In this document: piece by piece, positions 9,830-20,094 of the stretch | Layout of the letters: the number at the start of each line of letters is the position of its first letter | Numbering within the stretch: the first letter of the stretch is position 1 | NCBI GenBank assembly: GCA_022447855.1 | Contig: JAKUTX010000007.1 | Location: 4,172-68,171 of the forward strand | Direction: 5' to 3' | Source: SAR202 cluster bacterium | Lineage (GTDB): Bacteria; Chloroflexota; Dehalococcoidia; Lucifugimonadales; UBA6927 | Length of the DNA stretch: 64,000 nucleotides | Program-made: the position numbers and the translations under genes | Notes under the pieces: generated by a model | The model's database searches: none | The model's input: the letters and a program-made list of their open reading frames with translations, nothing else | Told to the model about the DNA's origin: nothing

Positions 9830-11092
9830 GTGATCGACATAGAAAAATTGCGCAAAGACCCTGACTTAGTCAAAGAAGCCATGAATTCTAGAGGTGAAAA
9901 TCTAGACGTAATGTCCATTTTGGAAAAAGATCATCGTTTGCGTCAGTTGATAGTTGAAGTTGAATCTCTACGTGCGAGACGTAATGAAGTTAGTAAAGAT
10001 ATTGGAAAGTCTGGGGATAAACCGAGGCGACTAATTGATGAAATGCGATTGGTTGGGGAAAAAATTAGCCATCTAGATGCCGAACGTACTCAATTAGATA
10101 ACGAGATTAGGGCAATGCTTTTGCAAATACCTAACCTTCCTGCTGATGACGTTCCTTTTGGGAAAACTGAGGAAAGTAATTTAGTTATTGAAACTCAAGG
10201 AACTTTACCTAACTTTAATTTTAAACCACTTCCACATTGGGAGCTTGCAGAAACTTTGGGAATAATTGATTTCGAAAGAGGAGCTAAAATTGCAGGTTCT
10301 AGGTTTTTTGTTTTAACTCAAAAAGGGGCAAGATTGCAGAGAGCATTAATTAATTGGTTCCTTGACTTTCATACTGAGCAAAATTTTTTTAAGGAATTGT
10401 ATGTTCCTTATTTGTTAACTAATGATTCAGCAGTTGCAAATGGCAATTTGCCTAAATTTGCGGATACTATGTACCGTGATACTGAAGATGATTTGTGGTT
10501 GGTTCCAACGGCTGAAATGGCAATTACTAACATGCATAGGAATGAAATCTTACCAGCAGGATCTTTGCCGATTTCTTATGTTGCACATACTCCGTCTTTT
10601 AGAAGGGAACGTGCAGCAGCGGGTAGAGATACTAGAGGAATGAAGAGAGTACATCAGTTTGAAAAAGTTGAATTGTATAAATTTGTAGAGCCAGATGATT
10701 CATCGGATGCTTTAGATGATTTATTAGAGCAAGTAAAAAAATTATGTACTCTATTAAATTTGCCCTATCGAATTGTTCAATTGTGTAGTGGAGATTTAGG
10801 GTTTCAATCATCAAAAAGTTTTGATGTAGAAGTTTGGGCTGCTGGAAGTCAGGAGTGGTTGGAGGTCAGTACGTGTTCAAATTGTGTTGACTTTCAAGCT
10901 CGCAGGGCTTCAATAAGATATAGAGATGAATCTTCTGGAAAACCAAAATTTGTTCATACACTTAATGGTTCTGGAATGGCTTTGCCTAGAGTGATTATTT
11001 CTATATTAGAAAATTTTCAGAATCATGATGGATCGGTAAATATTCCAGAAGTTTTGTGGCCTTATACAGGATTCAAAAAAATTGAAAATTAA
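9830..11092 (+). CDS. serS: Serine--tRNA ligase
   Basis: IPNLP, LVPTAE, FRRE, RVHQFEKVE, DFQARR, HTLNGSG. Confidence 0.98.
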   Translation: MIDIEKLRKDPDLVKEAMNSRGENLDVMSILEKDHRLRQLIVEVESLRARRNEVSKDIGKSGDKPRRLIDEMRLVGEKISHLDAERTQLDNEIRAMLLQIPNLPADDVPFGKTEESNLVIETQGTLPNFNFKPLPHWELAETLGIIDFERGAKIAGSRFFVLTQKGARLQRALINWFLDFHTEQNFFKELYVPYLLTNDSAVANGNLPKFADTMYRDTEDDLWLVPTAEMAITNMHRNEILPAGSLPISYVAHTPSFRRERAAAGRDTRGMKRVHQFEKVELYKFVEPDDSSDALDDLLEQVKKLCTLLNLPYRIVQLCSGDLGFQSSKSFDVEVWAAGSQEWLEVSTCSNCVDFQARRASIRYRDESSGKPKFVHTLNGSGMALPRVIISILENFQNHDGSVNIPEVLWPYTGFKKIEN

Positions 11093-11104
11093 ATTTGTTT
11101 GATT

Positions 11105-12652
11105 TTACCCATAAGAGTCTCTAAGAAATTGCTTGTTGATTTTACCTAGAGGGTTTCTTGGAATGGCGTCGACAAATATCACTGATTCAGGTTTTTTATA
11201 ACTTGCAAGATTTTCATGACAAAAATCTATTATAATTTCTTCATTCACACTATTTGAATCGTCTGCAACAATTATAGCAAGAATTTTTTCTCCCCATTGA
11301 TCATCTGGGACACCTATGACTGCGCAATCAATTATTGAGATATGCTTTTGAATGATATCTTCAATCTCTGCTGGAGAGATAAGTTCACCTCCTCTTTTAA
11401 TTATGTCTTTTGAGCGCCCCACCAAGAAAATATATCCGTCATTGTCAAAATATCCTAGGTCTCCGGTATGTAACCAATTGTTTTTAATTGCGTGAGAGGT
11501 TTCGGAGGTTTGTTCCCAATATCCTTTCATAATTCTTGATCCGCGGGCTATAATTTCTCCTATATTTCCTGTTTTTAATTCATTACCACTTTCATCAACT
11601 ATTCTAATTTCAATGTCTTCGAGCGGTTTGCCTATAGAAGATAAACGTCGGATTTTAAGGTTCTTTTCAGTATTATTCCCTTCGATTTTATGATCATCTG
11701 GCATTAATGCCGTAATTGTTGCACCTGATTCTGTTTGACCGAAAGCATTAATAAATTTCACATGTGGGAATTTGTCTATTGCGTCTAAGATTACTTTTAC
11801 AGGCATTGGAGCTGCACCGTAAGTAATTACTTCTAGGCTCCTTAGGTTATAGTCTGTAAAATTTGGATGTTCTATGATTGTTTTAAGCATTGTAGGGACC
11901 ATCATTGCACGGTTGACTAATTTATCCTGCACAAGTTGCAACCATTCGGTTGGTTCGAATTGCTTCTGTATGATTAAAGTTCTACCGGCATATATTCCCG
12001 AAATCATCGCTTGTATTCCGGCAATATGGTACATAGGAACTGTGAGCAAATTGCTTTCTTTTACCTCAGGATCTGCCGGAGACACGTTGTTTAAAGTATA
12101 GGAGGTAAAACTTTCATGAGAAAGCATTACTCCTTTTGGGGTTCCTGTAGTTCCTGATGTAAACATAATCATTGTTAAGTCTGAATCTTCATGTGTTGGA
12201 TATACTTCTTCTGGGTTCCCGTTAGTAAGAAGAGTTTCGTATTGTATAAATTGACCCGATGTAGTTTCTAAAGAGATATATTTTTTTACGGATTGAATTT
12301 TATTTACACAATCATGAATTAATTTGACATATCGATTACCAAAGAGAACAATTTTTGGTTTTGCGGCTTCGAGTACCTTCAAAAGTTCTACTTCTTTTAA
12401 ACGATAATTAATGGGTACATAGATAGCATCTAATTTAGCTGCTGCAAAATATGTTTCAATATGTTGGTTTGAATTAACATCAAGCAGAGCAATACGATCA
12501 CCTTTTTCTATTCCCATTTCAGAAAATGCGTTCGCTAATAGGTTGGATCGGTGATTTATTTCTTTGTAAGAGAATTTTTGATTTTCAAAAATTACTGCAG
12601 TACGATCTGGGACTATTGAGCTAGAGATTTCTAACAATTCGCAAGTATTCAT
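11105..12652 (-). CDS. Acyl-CoA synthetase (AMP-forming, long-chain-fatty-acid--CoA ligase family)
   Basis: FTSGTTGTPKG, FGQTE, WLHTGDLG, PRNPLGK. Confidence 0.92.
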   Translation of the reverse strand: MNTCELLEISSSIVPDRTAVIFENQKFSYKEINHRSNLLANAFSEMGIEKGDRIALLDVNSNQHIETYFAAAKLDAIYVPINYRLKEVELLKVLEAAKPKIVLFGNRYVKLIHDCVNKIQSVKKYISLETTSGQFIQYETLLTNGNPEEVYPTHEDSDLTMIMFTSGTTGTPKGVMLSHESFTSYTLNNVSPADPEVKESNLLTVPMYHIAGIQAMISGIYAGRTLIIQKQFEPTEWLQLVQDKLVNRAMMVPTMLKTIIEHPNFTDYNLRSLEVITYGAAPMPVKVILDAIDKFPHVKFINAFGQTESGATITALMPDDHKIEGNNTEKNLKIRRLSSIGKPLEDIEIRIVDESGNELKTGNIGEIIARGSRIMKGYWEQTSETSHAIKNNWLHTGDLGYFDNDGYIFLVGRSKDIIKRGGELISPAEIEDIIQKHISIIDCAVIGVPDDQWGEKILAIIVADDSNSVNEEIIIDFCHENLASYKKPESVIFVDAIPRNPLGKINKQFLRDSYG

Positions 12653-12684
12653 TTGGTATCATTCCAATATGTTTTTATCAAATT

Positions 12685-13425
12685 TTAAGTTCCATAATTT
12701 TGTGCGAAAAACTTTTTCACCGCTATATGTTCTAATTCAAAAACTTCTGGGGTAGATTTTCCAATATTTTTTTTCATATTGGATTTTACAAATCTAACTG
12801 CCTCAGGATTTAGATTCGCGAAAAATTGCGCAAACTCTTCCGCTGCGGGCAATAAATTTGATTCCTCGTATATTCTATGGATAATTCCTGATTTTAAGGC
12901 TTCGTTTTCAGAAAAAGTTACACCTGAGATCATTAAATCCAAAGAAGAACTCAGATTCATGTTTCTGGGGATGGTTTGAGTGCCTCCAGCACCGGGTATC
13001 ATACCCAATTGTGTTTCAGGCATTGAGAAAGTAGTTCCTGCACAAGCTAATCTTAAGTCACATAAATAACTCATTTCTAATCCTGATCCAATTACAGAGC
13101 CATGTAAAGCTGCTACAAAAGGCTTGGGGATACTCATCCAAAGGCCCCAAATATCACGTTCCCATCGTGCTTGCCTAGAAATAATGGGTGATGGATTGAT
13201 TTGAAATTCGGTTAAATCCGCGCCTGAGCAAAAACCTTTTGGTCCGTTACCGGATAATATTACAGATAAGATTTCTTCGTCATCTCTGATTGATTCTAGA
13301 ATTTGAAAAAGTTCGTCACGCATTTGAATATTATAGGCATTAATCACATTGGGTCTATTTAGAGTAATTTTGGCAACGCCTTTATTTTTTGAATATATGA
13401 CGGTTTTGAAATCTGAAGATGGCAT
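12685..13425 (-). CDS. Enoyl-CoA hydratase/isomerase family protein
   Basis: ITLNRP, FCSGADL, GSGLEM, MPETQLGMIPGAGGTQ. Confidence 0.92.
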   Translation of the reverse strand: MPSSDFKTVIYSKNKGVAKITLNRPNVINAYNIQMRDELFQILESIRDDEEILSVILSGNGPKGFCSGADLTEFQINPSPIISRQARWERDIWGLWMSIPKPFVAALHGSVIGSGLEMSYLCDLRLACAGTTFSMPETQLGMIPGAGGTQTIPRNMNLSSSLDLMISGVTFSENEALKSGIIHRIYEESNLLPAAEEFAQFFANLNPEAVRFVKSNMKKNIGKSTPEVFELEHIAVKKFFAQNYGT

Positions 13426-14186
13426 TATTCCCCTCTAAATCTCGGCTTTTTTCGGGATACAAAGCTCCGAATCCCCTCTGCACGATCAAATGAATGTTGT
13501 AGTAGGAAATTTAGATCGGCTTCCAATTTCAACCCTTCATTTAGATGTAATTCTAAACCAGTTAGGATAGATTCCTTTAAAAATTTCACAGCAATTGGTG
13601 AGGCATGACTTATTTGTTTTGCTAAATTGATTGATTCGGTATCTAAGTTTAGGTTATTGATTATTCTACTTATCAAACCAATTGATAACGCATCCTCTGA
13701 ATTGATTTGTCTACAAGTTAGAGTGATTTCTAAAGCTCTTCCTTGGCCTACAATTTTTGGTAATCGTTGTGATCCTCCATCCCAAGGAATTTTGCCTGAT
13801 AATAATTGCCCCATCCTGAATTGAGCAGTATCTGATGCTATTCTAATATCAGTAGCAAGTGCAAGTTCAAGAGCTTGATCAAATATATTTCCATTTAGAA
13901 TTGCCAATGATGGAAGTTCGACTTCAGCAATAGAATCAGACATTCTGAAATTAGAAATGTCTGTTAGTGAATCAAGCATTTTTGTAGGACATGGATATGA
14001 ATAGACATTTTCGAATCCTTGAAAAATGATGACTCGAAGATCATTACGCAAATTCAGGGTATGTAAATCTTGTCGAAATTCTGAAATTAAATTAGAAATA
14101 TTGGGGTTAGAGTGTGATATTTGGTTAAAAGATACAATCCCAATATTTTCAATTTGTTTAATTTGAATTAGGCTCTCTTTATTCAT
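13425..14186 (-). CDS. Enoyl-CoA hydratase/isomerase family protein (divergent)
   Basis: LELALATDIRIA, GGSQRLPKIVG, EGIRSFVSRKKPRFRGE; 1-nt overlap with the downstream paralog. Confidence 0.85.
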   Translation of the reverse strand: MNKESLIQIKQIENIGIVSFNQISHSNPNISNLISEFRQDLHTLNLRNDLRVIIFQGFENVYSYPCPTKMLDSLTDISNFRMSDSIAEVELPSLAILNGNIFDQALELALATDIRIASDTAQFRMGQLLSGKIPWDGGSQRLPKIVGQGRALEITLTCRQINSEDALSIGLISRIINNLNLDTESINLAKQISHASPIAVKFLKESILTGLELHLNEGLKLEADLNFLLQHSFDRAEGIRSFVSRKKPRFRGE

Positions 14187-14303
14187 TCCAGAATAGTATC
14201 ACAATGGGATTTAATGAAAATTCTAATATTGGTACACAGATTGCAGATTTCACTTCCGTGCTTTAGAATCTATTTTTGAAATTATTGTATAGAGAGGTGA
14301 TTC

Positions 14304-14462
14304 ATGCCTAAAGGATCAGTTCCCAGGCGGGAATCCAAAAAAGCTAAGAAAAACTCTGCGAAGAAACAGGGTGGCTTATCTGTTTCCGAGTTCGCTTCCG
14401 CTGAGCCTGAGGTTATTAAGAAGCGTAGGAAATCTCGAAGCGACGATGAGGCTAATTTCTAG
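14304..14462 (+). CDS. Small basic protein, 52 aa, absent from the ORF track
   Basis: MPKGSVPRRESKKAKKNSAKKQGGLSVSEFASAEPEVIKKRRKSRSDDEANF*; GAGGTGA Shine-Dalgarno just upstream; fills an otherwise empty gap. Confidence 0.75.
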   Translation: MPKGSVPRRESKKAKKNSAKKQGGLSVSEFASAEPEVIKKRRKSRSDDEANF

Positions 14463-14491
14463 TTTTTGAATGAACCGTTTTACTAAATTGT

Positions 14492-14902
14492 CTAATTGAT
14501 TGCACTAATGCAATATGTTTTGCAATTAGCTAGTAGTCTTTCGATAACATTTGCAGAGATGTCTCTTGAGTTTGAGGATTCTGACCACTTTTGAGCCAAT
14601 TCTTCACTTATATCGTTTGCTGACATGGGTTTGTTATTATTTGCGATGATTACTCGAAATATTGCTTCCTTAAGAGGAGTATCAGGCAGAAGGTAATCAT
14701 CCTTTGAGCTAGAAACATTTGCAAGCAAATCTAGAATGGGTTTGATATCAGAATTATTAGAAGGGTTTGGATCTAATCCTCCTTGACTAACGTAATCTAA
14801 TCTACTGGTTAAAAGTGATGGAAGAGATCTATTTTGCTCCGTCGCCAAAGATGTAGATACCTGATAGCGTGCAGGTTTTGTTTGTTCTTTTTGATTTGTC
14901 AT
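14492..14902 (-). CDS. Hypothetical protein, translationally coupled to moeA
   Basis: ATGA overlap with the moeA stop; helical C-terminal half (TPLKEAIFRVII...ISEEL) may be winged-helix-like. Confidence 0.65.
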   Translation of the reverse strand: MTNQKEQTKPARYQVSTSLATEQNRSLPSLLTSRLDYVSQGGLDPNPSNNSDIKPILDLLANVSSSKDDYLLPDTPLKEAIFRVIIANNNKPMSANDISEELAQKWSESSNSRDISANVIERLLANCKTYCISAIN

Positions 14903-16161
14903 AATGTCATTTCCTCCGGCCAATCAATCATTTGTACTTCCACAGTTTCGCCAGCATTTTTGATTTTTTCGTTTTCAGGGCATATAGCAAGTCCATTTGC
15001 ATGAGCCATGCTTGTTAACAGATTAGAATTTTGGTGGCCAGTCAATTTTGCTTTGTATTGTTCATTGTTCTTGGTCACGATTACTCTTGCAAAGACTCTT
15101 CTTCCATCACCATTGTATATTGGATCTTCCAGAACTGCACGTACAGTAGGTCTGGGTTGATGATTTTTACCCATCATTTTTCTAATCGAGGGGCGTCCAA
15201 ATTGTTCAAATGCCACAAGTGCGCTTACAGGATTCCCTGGTAGCCCTAGATGAGGTATTGATTTACCTTTTTGAGTTATGAATGTTCCAAAAGCTAGAGG
15301 TTTTGCAGGCCTCATTCTAACGGACCAAAAATCTATTTCTCCATGATTCTTCAAGACATCCTTTACAATATCGTAGTCTCCCTTTGAAACGCCTGCAGAA
15401 GTGATTAAAAAGTCAAAATCATCTATTGAATTTAGTATCGAAGTTAGTGAATTGAAATCATCTTTACCTATTTCTAAAATTTGGGTAATTGCTCCACACT
15501 TTAAAGCCGCAGAAGAAATTGAATATGAGTTGCTATCGTAAATTTTATTAGAGACAATTTCAGAACCGGGTTTTATTAATTCGTTTCCAGTTGAAAGAAT
15601 AGCCACTTTTGGTCTTCTTGTCACTGTAATTTCAGACAATCCTAAGCTAGCAAGAACTCCTATTTCTGCAGGTCTTAGTTCTTTTCCGGATTTTAGGACA
15701 AGTTGACCATTTTGAATATCTTGCCCATAAGGCCTCACGTCAGACCCCGTATTAACCTCCGTAAGAATTCCAATTTCATTAGAAGATGAGTGTAGTAGTG
15801 ACCGAGAGTCTTCATCAGTTTCTTCAAAGGGTATGACAGCGTCTGCACCTTTAGGTATTGGGGCTCCTGTCATGATTCGAACAGCTTGTCCTGAATTTAT
15901 TGAATTTGAAAATGATTCGCCAGCACTAACTGATCCACAAACTTTTAGAATTACTGGGTTTGTTTTTGAAGCTTTGGCAGTATCTTTTGATTTAACAGCA
16001 TATCCATCCATTGCAGAATTGTCTGCTGGAGGGACATCAATTGAAGAAAAAACGTCTTTGGATAATACTTGCCCCAGAGAGTTTAGAATAGAAACGTTCT
16101 CACTACTTAGTACGGTGAACCGAGCTAAGATTTTATCCAAAGCTTCTTCAACACTTAGCAT
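14899..16161 (-). CDS. moeA: Molybdopterin molybdenumtransferase MoeA
   Basis: NSAMDGYAV, RIMTGAPIP, STGNEL, GLPGNPVS. Confidence 0.97.
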   Translation of the reverse strand: MLSVEEALDKILARFTVLSSENVSILNSLGQVLSKDVFSSIDVPPADNSAMDGYAVKSKDTAKASKTNPVILKVCGSVSAGESFSNSINSGQAVRIMTGAPIPKGADAVIPFEETDEDSRSLLHSSSNEIGILTEVNTGSDVRPYGQDIQNGQLVLKSGKELRPAEIGVLASLGLSEITVTRRPKVAILSTGNELIKPGSEIVSNKIYDSNSYSISSAALKCGAITQILEIGKDDFNSLTSILNSIDDFDFLITSAGVSKGDYDIVKDVLKNHGEIDFWSVRMRPAKPLAFGTFITQKGKSIPHLGLPGNPVSALVAFEQFGRPSIRKMMGKNHQPRPTVRAVLEDPIYNGDGRRVFARVIVTKNNEQYKAKLTGHQNSNLLTSMAHANGLAICPENEKIKNAGETVEVQMIDWPEEMTL

Positions 16162-16250
16162 GTTTTCGTTTAAAAGATGTTTGTGAACGTGAATGTGAAT
16201 GCCTCGGAATACTTTCGTTAATTATACACCAGTACGATTTAATAATGCTT

Positions 16251-18779
16251 TTATATTTCTCTAAGCTCTGCTGCTAATTCTTGGTTAAGTTGTTTTAGGA
16301 TTGTTTTCATGGCACTATCAACTTGTTTGGATGTTAAAGTGCTTTGTGGAGATTGAAAAGTGATTCGGAAGGCAATTGATTTTCTGCCGATTTCCACTCC
16401 TTGTCCTGAATAGAGATCGAACGGAATAGAATTGATCACAAGTTTGTGTTTATGAATAATATCTTGGATTGTTGAGGATAAAACATCATCATTTACTACC
16501 AACGCCAAATCTCTGTAAGCCTCTGGAAATTTGCTTATTTGGGTATAGTTGGTTTTAGAATCAGCGATGCATGAGATAATTGCATTAAGATCAAGTTCAA
16601 AAAAAATTACGCCAGAATTTTTATCTAAATCAAAAGATTGAAAAGTTTTTTGGTTAATCTCTCCTAATACACCTAAAAGATTGGATTCAGACATGATGTA
16701 AGCTGCAGAAGATGTGTTCAGGATATTTTTTACTGTAGATAAAGGCTCTGGTTTGATTTCATCATTACTGGTTTCAACTAAGTGGTAAGTGGGATGGATT
16801 CCCAAATTTGAGAAAAGATTTTCTAAAATACCTTTTCCGTCAAAAAAATCTAAATTTTCAGAAGATTGAATCCAAGAGAGTTCATTTCTTTTCCCAGATA
16901 AAATACCAGTAATCATTTCAATTTCGTTAGGTAAAGGGGTTTCTGCAGAAGGGATTTCAGTTGGAAGAAAAACTCTACCCACTTCAAATAATTTAAAATT
17001 TTGTTCCCCTGAAGATTGCTGATTGTATGACAATGTTTGAAGCATGCTTGCTCGTAGTGTAGGCCTAGCAAACACAAATTCAGAACTCATTTGGTTCGCT
17101 ACTTTTAATGGATTCTTTTGAATTACTCCACCTAATTTATCTATTGATTGCTGGCTAATTAATGGGTAGGAAATAATCTCTTGCATGCCAGAAGCCACTA
17201 ACAAATCCTTAGCCTGTTCTCTTATATCGTATTTAATGTTTTGCCGTTGGTGAGGTATTTGCGAAGATAGCATTTCAGTGGGTACTTCATCGTAGCCAGA
17301 AATTCTCACTATTTCTTCAATTAGATCTTCTTCTATTGAAATATCAGATCTCCAATATGGAGGAGTAAACCACATTGTTTCTTCACGTTCGGGGATTGAT
17401 TTTGCTTCTATAGTTTCTATGGTGTTGAAAAGTCCCGTTGGAGGGTCTGATTTTTCAAATCCTAATGAAATTAATACTGAAGTAATTGAATCGCTAGAAT
17501 AATCTTTCCCAATCAGATTTTTCATCTTACTTTTATTAACACTAATTGGAGAAATAACTTCTTCAGAATAATTTTGATCAATAATTTCTTTTGAAGAAAC
17601 ACCTCCACAAATTTCTAAGATCATTTGTGTTGCTCTTTTTAAAGCAAAAGATGTGATTTCTGGGCGTATATTTCTTTCAAATCTGTAGGATGCTTCTGTA
17701 CTAATTTTTAAATTAGTACGAGTAGCTCTGATATTGCCAGAATCGAAGTTGGCAGATTCCAAAAAAATATTTTTGGTTTTGGAGTCAATCTCCGCACGAG
17801 TTCCTCCAATTATTCCAGCTAATCCAATAGGTCCTAATTCATCAGAAATAGTTAACATTTCGGGTGTTAATTTTCTAGTTTCACCATCGAGCGTTTTTAT
17901 AGTTTCATCAGTTTTAGCTCTTCTAACAAAAATTTTATCACCCGAAATTTTGTCCAAATCGAAAGCATGCAGTGGTTGGCCGTATTCCAGCATTACGAAA
18001 TTTGTTATATCAACAATATTGTTAATGGGGCGTTGTCCTGACTTTGTGAGTGCATCTTGAAGCCATTTTGGAGATTCATGAATCTTTACATTCGTGAGAA
18101 CATTTCCAGTGTATCTGTTGCAAATTTCTGGATTTTCTACTTTTACAGATGCTAGTTCTGCAATTGGTAATCCTTCACATTGATACAAAACATCAGGTTT
18201 TTGAAATTTTGTTTTAGTGATTGCAGCAATTTCGTGCACGATTCCAAGCACAGACAGACAATCTGGTCTGTTTGGTGTGATTTCAATATCCAGTATTGCA
18301 TCAGCCAAAATTTCCTTAGCTGATGTTCCTATTGGAGTAGATTCGGGTAATACTAAAATCCCTTCATGGTCGCTACTTAGTTGTAGTTCTAACTCTGAAC
18401 ACACCATTCCTTTTGATTCAATTCCGCGTATCTTAGCTGCTTTTAGGGGTTCAGATTTTTGATTCCTTGGATTGAATAAAATAGCTCCCTCAGTTGCAAA
18501 AATAATTTTTTGACCAACTTGTATGTTAGGAGCGCCGCATACCACCTTTTCAATATTAGATTCTGTTAATAAGACTGAGACTAATTTTAGCCTATCGGCA
18601 TTAGGATGAGGTTCTATGGATTTGATTTCTCCTACAAATAAAGAAGACTTCTCCCAATTTGCTCCGATTTCATTGACTTCAGCAACTTCAATTCCGACCA
18701 TGGTTAAATGATGAGCCAGTTCAGTTGGAGTCATACTGAGGTCTATATATTTTTTAATCCAAGATATTGGGATTTTCAT
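16251..18779 (-). CDS. pheT: Phenylalanine--tRNA ligase beta subunit
   Basis: HPNADRL, VCGAPN, ITPNRPDCLS, GQPLHAFD, RDLALVV (FDX-ACB domain). Confidence 0.98.
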   Translation of the reverse strand: MKIPISWIKKYIDLSMTPTELAHHLTMVGIEVAEVNEIGANWEKSSLFVGEIKSIEPHPNADRLKLVSVLLTESNIEKVVCGAPNIQVGQKIIFATEGAILFNPRNQKSEPLKAAKIRGIESKGMVCSELELQLSSDHEGILVLPESTPIGTSAKEILADAILDIEITPNRPDCLSVLGIVHEIAAITKTKFQKPDVLYQCEGLPIAELASVKVENPEICNRYTGNVLTNVKIHESPKWLQDALTKSGQRPINNIVDITNFVMLEYGQPLHAFDLDKISGDKIFVRRAKTDETIKTLDGETRKLTPEMLTISDELGPIGLAGIIGGTRAEIDSKTKNIFLESANFDSGNIRATRTNLKISTEASYRFERNIRPEITSFALKRATQMILEICGGVSSKEIIDQNYSEEVISPISVNKSKMKNLIGKDYSSDSITSVLISLGFEKSDPPTGLFNTIETIEAKSIPEREETMWFTPPYWRSDISIEEDLIEEIVRISGYDEVPTEMLSSQIPHQRQNIKYDIREQAKDLLVASGMQEIISYPLISQQSIDKLGGVIQKNPLKVANQMSSEFVFARPTLRASMLQTLSYNQQSSGEQNFKLFEVGRVFLPTEIPSAETPLPNEIEMITGILSGKRNELSWIQSSENLDFFDGKGILENLFSNLGIHPTYHLVETSNDEIKPEPLSTVKNILNTSSAAYIMSESNLLGVLGEINQKTFQSFDLDKNSGVIFFELDLNAIISCIADSKTNYTQISKFPEAYRDLALVVNDDVLSSTIQDIIHKHKLVINSIPFDLYSGQGVEIGRKSIAFRITFQSPQSTLTSKQVDSAMKTILKQLNQELAAELREI

Positions 18780-18790
18780 GATTTTCTCGT

Positions 18791-19852
18791 CTAAGAATAT
18801 GTTTGGCTAAATTGTTTTAGGAACCTAAGATCATTTGAATAAAAATGACGGATATCATCTATTCCATATTTCAACATTGCTATTCGTTCTGGCCCCATTC
18901 CAAATGCAAAACCGCTATAAATATTGGAGTCGTAGCCAACACCCTCCAAAACGTTTGGATGAACCATTCCAGCACCCATAATTTCTATCCATCCTGAGTC
19001 GGAGCATATGCGGCATCCTTGGCCGTTACAAATGAAGCAGTCGATGGACATATCTACGCCAGGTTCAACGAAAGGGAAATAATCGCATCTAAATCGAATT
19101 TTACGTTCTTCGCCAAAGACTAATCTTGCAAATTCATAAAGAGTCCCTTTAAGGTTCGCAAAAGTGATCCCTTTATCAACAACTAGTCCTTCGATTTGCT
19201 GAAAATGCCATTCGTGTGTCGCATCAGTAGCTTCATACCGATAGCATTTTCCTGGCACTAAAACTCTAATAGGTGGTTCAGTTGATTCCATATGTCTTGC
19301 TTGCATTGGGGAAGTATGTGTTCTGAGTAACATAGGATAATTTCCATCATCATTTACATAATCAATCCATAGTGTGTTCCACATGTCACGTGCAGGATGT
19401 CCTTGAGGTATGTTAAGCATTTCGAAATTATATTTATCTAATTCGATTTCAGGCCCCTCAGTAATTTCAAAGCCCATATTTTTAAAAATATTTGATATCA
19501 TTCGGACGATTTTGGTTACTGGGTGTAATCCTCCTGAAGGCAAATTTCTTCCTGGAAGAGTTACGTCCAAAGCAGTTTTTGTAGAAGATACATCTTGTTC
19601 AGACACTTTGATTGATTCCAAGTGTGAATTCAGAGATTCTTCAAGTAATGATTTGGTTTGATTAGCCAACATTCCTATTGAACGGCGTTCCTCTTTAGGA
19701 ATTTTCCCGATGCTGCGAAGAATATCAGTAAGTTTTCCATTTCTTCCGATCCAAGCAACTCGCCATTCTTCAGCTTCCTCAGTGGATGAGACTGATTTAA
19801 GAGAAGCTATAGCCTTATCGGTAATTTTTTGTAGGTCTGAAGTGGTCATCAT
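18791..19852 (-). CDS. pheS: Phenylalanine--tRNA ligase alpha subunit
   Basis: HPARDM, LLRTHTS, YFPFVEP, GFAFGMGPER; start at ATG 19852 or 19849 after GAGGA. Confidence 0.98.
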   Translation of the reverse strand: MMTTSDLQKITDKAIASLKSVSSTEEAEEWRVAWIGRNGKLTDILRSIGKIPKEERRSIGMLANQTKSLLEESLNSHLESIKVSEQDVSSTKTALDVTLPGRNLPSGGLHPVTKIVRMISNIFKNMGFEITEGPEIELDKYNFEMLNIPQGHPARDMWNTLWIDYVNDDGNYPMLLRTHTSPMQARHMESTEPPIRVLVPGKCYRYEATDATHEWHFQQIEGLVVDKGITFANLKGTLYEFARLVFGEERKIRFRCDYFPFVEPGVDMSIDCFICNGQGCRICSDSGWIEIMGAGMVHPNVLEGVGYDSNIYSGFAFGMGPERIAMLKYGIDDIRHFYSNDLRFLKQFSQTYS

Positions 19853-19885
19853 TTCCTCAAAATATGTGATCAATACACTATACAG

Positions 19886-19914
19886 ATTATAGATTTGGAG
19901 ACCTTTGTGGTCAA
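19886..19914 (-). promoter_or_regulatory. Sigma70-type promoter for pheST
   Basis: Minus strand TTGACC (19914-19909), 17-nt spacer, TATAAT (19891-19886). Confidence 0.72.
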
Positions 19915-20094
19915 GAACGCTTTAGTTTTTTATACTCATGCTAGCGTCAAAAATCCCTACTATTGATTCATAAACTAGATTCATTCATTATTATTTGATT
20001 ATATTAATATTTGACCTAGAGACAGAATCAAAATATCCTGTGAACGGGTTTTATTATACGTTGAGTTTCAAAATGTTTTGTTGTCAACGATTAA

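Noticed and set aside
16162-16250. Moco riboswitch or operator in the moeA leader (three GTGAAY hexamers at 16183-16200)
   Set aside because: Leader too short and unstructured for the riboswitch; the repeat could be chance in AT-rich DNA
19853-20094. T-box riboswitch upstream of pheS (also considered for ileS, serS, lysS)
   Set aside because: The predicted promoter is only about 30 nt from the start codon, no T-box consensus is visible, and the other leaders are too short
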